A DNA stretch of 64,000 nt from Eledone cirrhosa (lineage: Eukaryota). Shown here piece after piece: positions 53,355 to 64,000 of this stretch. A program made the position numbers and the translations under genes. The notes below the pieces were generated by a model, which searched no databases, was not told where the DNA came from, and saw only the letters and a program-made list of their open reading frames with translations. The stretch lies in assembly GCA_964016885.1 (NCBI GenBank), contig OZ024759.1, positions 8,618,001-8,682,000 of the forward strand, read 5' to 3'. Every line of letters starts with the position of its first letter. Within the stretch, counting starts at the first letter, position 1.

Positions 53355-56300
53355 TATATAACATCTATCACTCTATACACCACCCTATATAACATCTATC
53401 ACTCTATACACCACCCTATATAACATCTGTCACTCTATACACCACCCTATATAACATCTATCACTCTATACACCACCCTATATAACATGTCACTCTATAC
53501 ACCACCCTATATAACATCTATCACTCTATACACCACCCTATATAACATCTATCACTCTATACACCACCCTATATAACATCTATCACTCTATACACCACCC
53601 TATATAACATCTGTCACTCTATACACCACCCTATATAACATCTATCACTCTATACACCACCCTATATAATATCTGTCACTCTATACACCACCCTATATAA
53701 CATGTCACTCTATACACCACTCTATATAACATGTCACTCTATACACCACCCTATATAACATCTGTCACTCTATACACCGCCCTATATAACATCTATCACT
53801 CTATACACCGCCCTATATAACATCTATCACTCTATACACCACCCTATATAACATCTGTCACTCTATACACCACCCTATATAACATCTGTCAGTCTATACA
53901 CCACCCTATATAACATGTCACTCTATACACCACCCTATACAACATGCCACTCTATACACCACCCTATATAACATCTGTCACTCTATACACCACCCTATAT
54001 AACATGTCACTCTATACACCACCCTATATAACATCTGTCACTCTATACACCACCCTATATAACATGTCACTCTATACACCACCCTATACAACATGCCACT
54101 CTATACACCACCCTATATAACATCTGTCACTCTATACACCACCCTATATAACATGTCACTCTATACACCACCCTATATAACATGTCACTCTATACACCAC
54201 TCTATATAACATCTGTCACTCTATACACCACCCTATATAACATCTGTCACTCTATACACCACTCTATATAACATCTGTCACTCTATACACCACCCTATAT
54301 AACATCTGTCACTCTATACACCACCCTATACAACATGTCACTCTATACACCGCCCTATATAACATGTCACTCTATACACCACCCTATATAACATCTGTCA
54401 CTCTATACACCACCCTATATAACATCTGTCACTCTATACACCACCCTATATAACATCTGTCACTCTATACACCACCCTATATAACATCTATACACCACCC
54501 TATATAACATCTGTCACTCTATACACCACCCTATATAACATCTGTCACTCTATACACCACCCTATATAACATGTCACTCTATACACCACTCTATATAACA
54601 TCTGTCACTCTATACACCACCCTATATAACATCTGTCACTCTATACACCACTCTATATAACATCTATACACCACCCTATATAACATCTGTCACTCTATAC
54701 ACCACCCTATATAACATGTCACTCTATACACCACCCTATATAACATCTATCACTCTATACACCACCCTATATAACGTCTATACACCACCCTATATAACAT
54801 GTCATTCTATACACCACCCTATATAACATCTATCACTCTATACACCACCCTATATAACATCTATCACTCTATACACCACCCTATATAACATCTATCACTC
54901 TATACACCACCCTATATAACATCTGTCACTCTATACACCACCCTATATAACATCTGTCACTCTATACACCACCCTATATAACATCTGTCACTCTATACAC
55001 CACCCTATATAACATCTATCACTCTATACACCACCCTATATAACATCTATCGTTCTATACCCCACCCTATATAACATCTATACACCACCCTATATAACAT
55101 GTCACTCTATACACCACTCTATATAACATCTGTCACTCTATACACCACCCTATATAACATCTGTCACTCTATACACCACCCTATATAACATCTGTCACTC
55201 TATACACCACCCTATATAACATCTGTCACTCTATACACCACCCTATATAACATCTATCGTTCTATACCCCACCCTTTATAACATCTGTCACTCTATACAC
55301 CAGCCTATATAACATGTCACTCTATACACCACCCTATATAACATCTGTCACTCTATACACCACCCTATATAACATCTGTCACTCTATACACCACCCTATA
55401 TAACATCTATCACTCTATACACCACCCTATATAACATCTGTCACTCTATACACCACCCTATATAACATGTCACTCTTTACACCACCCTATATAACATCTA
55501 TCACTCTATACACCACCCTATATAACATCTATCACTCTATACACCACCCTATATAACATCTATACACCACCCTATACAACATGTCACTCTATACACCACC
55601 CTATATAACATCTGTCACTCTATACACCACCCTATATAACATGTCACTCTATACCCCACCATATATAACATCTGTCACTCTATACACCACCCTATATAAC
55701 ATCTATCACTCTATACACCACCCTATATAACATCTGTCACTCTATACACCACCCTATACAACATGTCACTCTATACACCACCCTATATAACATCTGTCAC
55801 TCTATACACCACCCTATATAACATGTCACTCTATACACCACCCTATATAACATCTGTCACTCTATACACCACCCTATATAACATCTGTCACTCTATACAC
55901 CACCCTATATAACATGTCACTCTATACACCACCCTATATAACATCTGTCACTCTATACACCACCCTATATAACATCTATCACTCTATACACCACCCTATA
56001 TAACGTCTATACACCACCCTATATAACATGTCATTCTATACACCACCCTATATAACATCTATCACTCTGTACACCACCCTATATAACATCTATCACTCTA
56101 TACCCCACCCTATATAACATGTCACTCTATACACCACCCTATATAACATCTATCACTCTATACACCACCCTATATAACATCTATCACTCTATACACCACC
56201 CTATATAACATGTCACTCTATACACCACCCTATATAACATTTGTCACTCTATACACCACCCTATATAACATCTGTCACTCTATACACCACCCTATATAAC

Positions 56301-59300
56301 ATGTCACTCTATACACCACCCTATATAACATCTGTCACTATACACCACCCTATATAACATCTGTTACTATACACCACCCTATATAACATCTGTTACTATA
56401 CACCACTCTATATAACATCTGTCACTCTATACACCACCTTATATAACATGTCACTCTATACACCACCCTATATAACATCTGTCACTCTATACACCACCCT
56501 ATATAACATGTCACTCTATACACCACCCTATATAACATCTGTCACTATACACCACCCTATATAACATCTGTTACTATACACCACCCTATATAACATCTGT
56601 CACTCTATACACCACCTTATATAACATGTCACTCTATACACCACCCTATATAACATCTGTCACTATACACCACCCTATATAACATCTGTTACTATACACC
56701 ACCCTATATAACATCTGTCACTCTATACACCACCCTATATAACATGTCACTCTATACACCACCCTATATAACATCTGTCACTATACACCACCCTATATAA
56801 CATCTGTCACTCTATACACCACCCTATATAACATGTCACTCTATACACCACCCTATATAACATCTGTCACTATACACCACCCTATATAACATCTGTTACT
56901 ATACACCACCCTATATAACATCTGTCACTCTATACACCACCTTATATAACATGTCACTCTATACACCACCCTATATAACATCTGTCACTATACACCACCC
57001 TATATAACATCTGTTACTATACACCACCCTATATAACATCTGTCACTCTATACACCACCCTATATAACATGTCACTCTATACACCACCCTATATAACATC
57101 TGTCACTCTATACACCACCCTATATAACATGTCACTCTATACACCACCCTATATAACATCTATCACTCTATACACCACCCTATATAACGTCTATACACCA
57201 CCCTATATAACATGTCATTCTATACACCACCCTATATAACATCTATCACTCTATACACCACCCTATATAACATCTATCACTCTATACACCACCCTATATA
57301 ACATCTATCACTCTATACACCACCCTATATAACATCTGTCACTCTATACACCACCCTATATAACATCTGTCACTCTATACACCACCCTATATAACATCTG
57401 TCACTCTATACACCACCCTATATAACATCTATCACTCTATACACCACCCTATATAACATCTATCGTTCTATACCCCACCCTATATAACATCTATACACCA
57501 CCCTATATAACATGTCACTCTATACACCACTCTATATAACATCTGTCACTCTATACACCACCCTATATAACATCTGTCACTCTATACACCACCCTATATA
57601 ACATCTGTCACTCTATACACCACCCTATATAACATCTGTCACTCTATACACCACCCTATATAACATCTATCGTTCTATACCCCACCCTTTATAACATCTG
57701 TCACTCTATACACCAGCCTATATAACATGTCACTCTATACACCACCCTATATAACATCTGTCACTCTATACACCACCCTATATAACATCTGTCACTCTAT
57801 ACACCACCCTATATAACATCTATCACTCTATACACCACCCTATATAACATCTGTCACTCTATACACCACCCTATATAACATGTCACTCTTTACACCACCC
57901 TATATAACATCTATCACTCTATACACCACCCTATATAACATCTATCACTCTATACACCACCCTATATAACATCTATACACCACCCTATACAACATGTCAC
58001 TCTATACACCACCCTATATAACATCTGTCACTCTATACACCACCCTATATAACATGTCACTCTATACCCCACCATATATAACATCTGTCACTCTATACAC
58101 CACCCTATATAACATCTATCACTCTATACACCACCCTATATAACATCTGTCACTCTATACACCACCCTATACAACATGTCACTCTATACACCACCCTATA
58201 TAACATCTGTCACTCTATACACCACCCTATATAACATGTCACTCTATACACCACCCTATATAACATCTGTCACTCTATACACCACCCTATATAACATCTG
58301 TCACTCTATACACCACCCTATATAACATGTCACTCTATACACCACCCTATATAACATCTGTCACTCTATACACCACCCTATATAACATCTATCACTCTAT
58401 ACACCACCCTATATAACGTCTATACACCACCCTATATAACATGTCATTCTATACACCACCCTATATAACATCTATCACTCTGTACACCACCCTATATAAC
58501 ATCTATCACTCTATACCCCACCCTATATAACATGTCACTCTATACACCACCCTATATAACATCTATCACTCTATACACCACCCTATATAACATCTATCAC
58601 TCTATACACCACCCTATATAACATGTCACTCTATACACCACCCTATATAACATTTGTCACTCTATACACCACCCTATATAACATCTGTCACTCTATACAC
58701 CACCCTATATAACATGTCACTCTATACACCACCCTATATAACATCTGTCACTATACACCACCCTATATAACATCTGTTACTATACACCACCCTATATAAC
58801 ATCTGTTACTATACACCACCCTATATAACATCTGTCACTCTATACACCACCTTATATAACATGTCACTCTATACACCACCCTATATAACATCTGTCACTC
58901 TATACACCACCCTATATAACATGTCACTCTATACACCACCCTATATAACATCTGTCACTATACACCACCCTATATAACATCTGTTACTATACACCACCCT
59001 ATATAACATCTGTCACTCTATACACCACCTTATATAACATGTCACTCTATACACCACCCTATATAACATCTGTCACTATACACCACCCTATATAACATCT
59101 GTTACTATACACCACCCTATATAACATCTGTCACTCTATACACCACCCTATATAACATGTCACTCTATACACCACCCTATATAACATCTGTCACTATACA
59201 CCACCCTATATACCATCTGTCACTCTATACACCACCCTATATAACATGTCACTCTATACACCACCCTATATAACATCTGTCACTATACACCACCCTATAT

Positions 59301-59682
59301 AACATCTGTTACTATACACCACCCTATATAACATCTGTCACTCTATACACCACCTTATATAACATGTCACTCTATACACCACCCTATATAACATCTGTCA
59401 CTATACACCACCCTATATAACATCTGTTACTATACACCACCCTATATAACATCTGTTACTATACACCACCCTATATAACATCTGTCACTCTATACACCAC
59501 CTTATATAACATGTCACTCTATACACCACCCTATATAACATCTGTCACTCTATACACCACCCTATATAACATGTCACTCTATACACCACCCTATATAACA
59601 TCTGTCACTATACACCACCCTATATAACATCTGTCACTCTATACACCACCCTATATAACATCTGTCACTCTATACACCACTA
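53355..59682. repeat. 6.3-kb satellite of 31-bp units (with 29- and 23-bp variants)
   Basis: TATATAACATCTGTCACTCTATACACCACCC. Confidence 0.95.
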
Positions 59683-59784
59683 TACAATACCTAACACTGC
59701 TGTATACTACTGTATACTACTAAACACTATTATATAGCATATATCCACACACAAATATGTGTATGTGTGTATATATATATATAT

Positions 59785-60112
59785 GAAAAGATTCAGGACC
59801 CACTCTACTACCCCAAGTATTGAGTATTCAGAGCTGTATGGGGGCCTCCCAAAAGTCAGCTCAAAATTGACACAGAGGGGACTGAGTTTAGTTGGACATG
59901 GTCACCGACATCCAGAGTTGACATTGCACTCAGTGCTCCTGTGGGAGACCCTACATGGACACCCTGGAAGAGGAAGACCAAGGTTAACGTATGTTGATGC
60001 CCTAAGGACAGACACTGGTCTGTTGGAGACGCAGGACATGGCAGCGATAATGAGGGACAGAGACCGCTGGAGAGAACTTGTCCATGGATCTCAGGAATTT
60101 TACCCGCCCTAG
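59785..60112 (+). pseudogene. LINE (RTE-like) extreme C-terminal fragment
   Basis: LVGHGHRHPE...LLWE..HG..GRGRPRLTYVD.L..DTG...MRDRDRWR. Confidence 0.75.
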
Positions 60113-60159
<47 letters not shown>

Positions 60160-60942
60160 TCATCATCATCATCGTTTAACGTCCATGTTCCACACTTGCA
60201 TGGGTTTGGACGGGAGTTTTCCCACTTGAGGCAAGAGTGGTTGTCTTGCTCGTATAGGACTGTCTGGCGGGTTTTCTACAGCTGGATGCCCTTCCTAACA
60301 CCAACCACATTTACAGTATATATATATATACATACTAATTTAAGGATAAGTTCCATTAGAGTAGAAAATAGTTTTATATTTGTCAGGATCCAAGAATTAG
60401 TTAACTGTGGTGGCAGATAGAAATAGGACTGGATGTTGTATCCACTAGAAAGAGGTGTGAAGTACTAGTCTTAGTATAAGCAGCTCAATAAGTTAAGGTA
60501 TCCTAATATATATAATATGTATGATGATTATGTTTCTTAGTAGAGAATGGGACGTTTGCTCAGAGATTCAATAATTCAAATTAAAAGATATATATATAGA
60601 ATGGGGGCACATGGCTTAGTGGTTAGAGCATTGGCCTTGCAATCGATAGATTGTGAGTTCAATTCTCAGACCGGGTGATGTGTTGTTGAGCAAGACACTT
60701 TATTTCACATTGCTACAGTTTACTCAGCTGTAGAAATGAGATGATAGGGGCTGGGGTCTCTATCATTCCACTGCAAAGTGGTCATGTAGGTGCCACGGAA
60801 AAAAGCACCCAGCCCACACTGTAAATGAGGTTGGTGTTAGGAAGGGCATCCAGCTGTAGAAATCAAGCCAGAATCAGTTCCCGTCCCACCTTTGCAAGCA
60901 GGGAAAAGCGGACGTAAAATATTGTTGATGATGATAGAGATA

Positions 60943-61392
60943 AGCCATATATTGTTAGAGAAACACATAGTATATTGTACATATATATAAAACTCACAAT
61001 ATTTAGGAAAAAGTAGATACTTTAGGGTGGAAAAGTTCTTATCTTCCTTACAGTACCGTTTCATAGTTCGTAAACTGAAGCAAAAATTGATCCAAGTAAT
61101 TGATTATTGATTACCAACTATCCTGACAGATTTAAAGATGTTTTCAACTGTATTGGAACTTCTCCAAAGACAATTCCTCTCATGATTAGTTTCACGTCTT
61201 CAGTAGCTTTACCAAAATCAATAGTTGGTAATCAATAATCAATTACTTAGATCAATTCTTGCTTCAGTTTACGAACTATGAAATGGTACTGTAAGGAAGA
61301 TAAGAACTTTTTCACCCAAAAGTATCTACTTTTTCTAAATATTGTGTGTTTTATATATATGTACAATATACTGTTTCTCAAATGACATATGG

Positions 61393-61394
<2 letters not shown>
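60943..61394. repeat. Inverted repeat (about 175-bp arms, 100-bp spacer) with a degenerate hammerhead motif at 61174-61298
   Basis: Arms 60943-61121 and 61221-61394; TTCCT-CTcATGA-TTAGTTTC...GAACTAT-GAAA-TGGTACTG-TA-AGGAA. Confidence 0.8.
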
Positions 61395-61432
<38 letters not shown>

Positions 61433-61449
61433 CTTTTAATTTGAATTAT

Positions 61450-61985
61450 ATCATCATCATCATCATTTAATGTCCACTTTCCATGTTAGCATGGGTTAGA
61501 CAAGTGGGCTGGGTGCTTTTTATCATGACACCTACACAACCACTTCACAGTGTGGGCTGGGTGCTTTTTGTTGTGACACCTACACAACCACTTTATAGTG
61601 TGGGCTGGGTGCTTTTTGTCGTAACACCTACACAACCACTTTACAGAGTGGACTGGGTGCTTTTTGTTGTGACACCTACACAACCACTTCACAGTGTGGG
61701 CTGGGTGCTTTTTGTCGTGACACCTACACAACCATTTTACAGAGTGGGCTGGGTGCTTTTTGTCGTGACACCTACACAACCACTTTACAGTGTGGGCTGG
61801 GTGCTTTTTGTCGTGACACCTACACAACCACTTTACAGTGTGGACTGGGTACTTTTTGTGATACCAGCATAACTTTACAGTGCAATGGTGGTGTGGACAG
61901 GATTGAGGGTGTGTGTTTGGGCGTGGGGGTGTATGGAAGGGAGTATAGTGGTTAAGAGGTGCCGACAAGATGTATGTCTATATTA
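61450..61985 (-). mobile_element. RTE 3' UTR derivative with about 8 tandem 48-bp units
   Basis: (CAT)n tail on the plus strand, AACCCATGCTAACATGGAA motif, and a unit homologous to the RTE 3' UTR repeat. Confidence 0.7.
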
Positions 61986-62423
61986 TTGCATAATGCCAAA
62001 GATCTCAATCCTGTGTCATTCTCTTTGAGAGGTTCAATTGTACAAGGTCAGCTTTTATCACCTCGTCCTAGGTCTTCCATCACTTTTGATCACTCTGCAC
62101 CTTTTTATACAACTGTCGTCCTCCTAGTAAACTGCATCTGATCCCTCTTATGCCTAATTTCTCTCTTAGTTCATTTATGACCTGCCGTTCGTGTATATTA
62201 CTATTACACATCTATTGGAGCATGGCACACATACTCGCATATAATAATGCTTTCTGATTTAGACACAAACCAACAATTTTTGAGGGAGAGGAAAGTAGAT
62301 TAAAGCAACCCGAGTGCATTACTGGTACGTTATACTTGTATATAATAATAATTATATAACGTCCTCTTTATCATGACATCATGGATTGGACAGAAGATAA
62401 TATTTAGCATCTTACAACACAAT

Positions 62424-63868
62424 ATTCAAGCCATGTATAGGGGAGCAGTCAGCAAAGTTAGGATTAGCAATGACTATAGCGAGGAATTTAGCGTACAGGT
62501 CGGTGTCCACCAGGGTCCTGTTCTTAGCCCTCTCCTGTTCATCATAGTCCTGCAGGCAATAACGGAGGAGTTTAAGACCGGATACCCATGGGAACTCCTG
62601 TATGCAGATGACCTCGCACTTATAGCTGAATCTATGGTAGAACTAGAGAAGAAATTCCAAACATGGAAGCAGGGACTAGAAAGAAAGGGTCTCAAAGTCA
62701 ACCTGACAAAGACTAAGGTCCTCGTAAGTAGACGAGAAAACAGAACTCAGATCCCCTCAGGGAAATGGCCTTGCTCAGTATGTAGGAAAGGTGTCGGTAG
62801 GAACTCCATCCTCTTCCCCAAATGCAAACAATGAGTATACAAGAGATGTAGTGGGATCTCAGAAAGATTAACTAAGAATGTAGGCTTCACATGTAGCAGC
62901 TGTGCTGGGACAGCAAGCAGCAAACAAGTACCACCAAACTGTGGGAGGGCTCTGTAGAAATAGTAGACAGCTTCTGCTACCTAGGTGACCAAATTAGCAG
63001 CGGAAGTGGGTGTTTGGAAAATACAATAACTAGGGTAAGAACGGGATGGAAGAAGTTCAGGGAGCTACTGCCATTGCTAGCTGCAAAAGGCTTTTCCCTC
63101 AAAATGAAAGGCAGACTGTATGATGTGTGCATATGAACAGCAATGTTACATGGTAGTGAGACCTGGGCGCTGTCTGTAGAAGACTTGCGTAGATTAGAAA
63201 GAAACGAAGCCTGCATGCACCGATAGATGTGTAATAGTAATATACGCGAACGACAAAGCTTAAACGAATTGAGAGAGAGACAGAGCATAAGAGGAATCAA
63301 ATGATGTGTGCAGGAGAGGAGGTTGTGTTGGTATGGACATGTGATGCGTATGAAGGATGACAGCTGCATAAAAAGGTGCAGAACACTAGAAGTCGATGGA
63401 AGCCGCGGAGTGGAGAGACCCAAGAAGACCTGGGATGAGGTTATAAAAGCCGATCTTACCCAATTAAACCTCTCAAAGACGATGACACAGGACCGTGACC
63501 TCTGGCATCACGCAGTAATACAGAAGACCCGACTTCCCACGGGTACAAGCCGAAGCTGAAGCATATAGACAATATGCCCCCACCTTCTCCCACTGCAAAG
63601 TAGTCATGTAGGCGCCACGGAAAAAAGCACCCAGCACACACTGTAAAGTGGTCGTGGAGGTGCCACAGCAAAAAAGCACCCAGTACTCACTGTAAATGAG
63701 GTTGGTGCTAGGAAGGGCATCCAGCTGTAGAAATCAAGCCAGAATCAGTTCCTGTATGAGCAAGACAAGGTCAGCCCACAACACTGCCCACAACAGGACA
63801 ACCCGTCTAACCCATGCTAGCATGGAAGAACGGGCGTAAAACGGTGATGATGATGATGATGATGATGA
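62424..63868 (+). mobile_element. 5'-truncated, inactivated RTE copy (related subfamily) with 3' UTR and (TGA)n tail
   Basis: GVHQGPVLSPLLF, YADD and RRLCWYGHVMR, interrupted by stops; 3' tail present. Confidence 0.9.
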
Positions 63869-64000
63869 TAATTATGATGATGATAACACACAAAATATAC
63901 GGTGTATCTATTCCATAAACTGTAAAACGTGTGTAGGGAACGGGTTATGTTGAAATCAGGACTTTGCCCCAGTTTAATCGTCTTCATTAAAGGTTTTTCG

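Overview
Repeat-dense animal genomic DNA, most likely from an octopod cephalopod (inferred from the SINE/RTE repertoire and the (TA)n/(TATAC)n load). It is not prokaryotic and has no CRISPR array. Two spliced genes lie on the minus strand. MLST8 (LST8/GbetaL, WD40 subunit of TORC1/2) is complete, with 9 coding exons from 50004 to 19985 and a hand-assembled protein of 337 aa. A C12orf57/protein C10 homologue is represented by its first two coding exons (4794-4752, 1902-1726). The first coding intron of MLST8 has U12 (minor spliceosome) signals. The last MLST8 intron holds an apparently intact antisense RTE-clade LINE (APE + RT) with a PHD-type zinc finger inserted inside the RT domain. The rest is LINE fragments, two tRNA-derived SINE families, piggyBac-like and hAT-like MITEs, a DD37D Tc1/mariner remnant and more than 15 minisatellites, several amplified from pieces of transposons. 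The least expected signal is a set of short non-coding, mostly fold-back elements that each carry a type I hammerhead ribozyme motif with a palindromic stem III (Penelope-like). Several of them sit in MLST8 introns.
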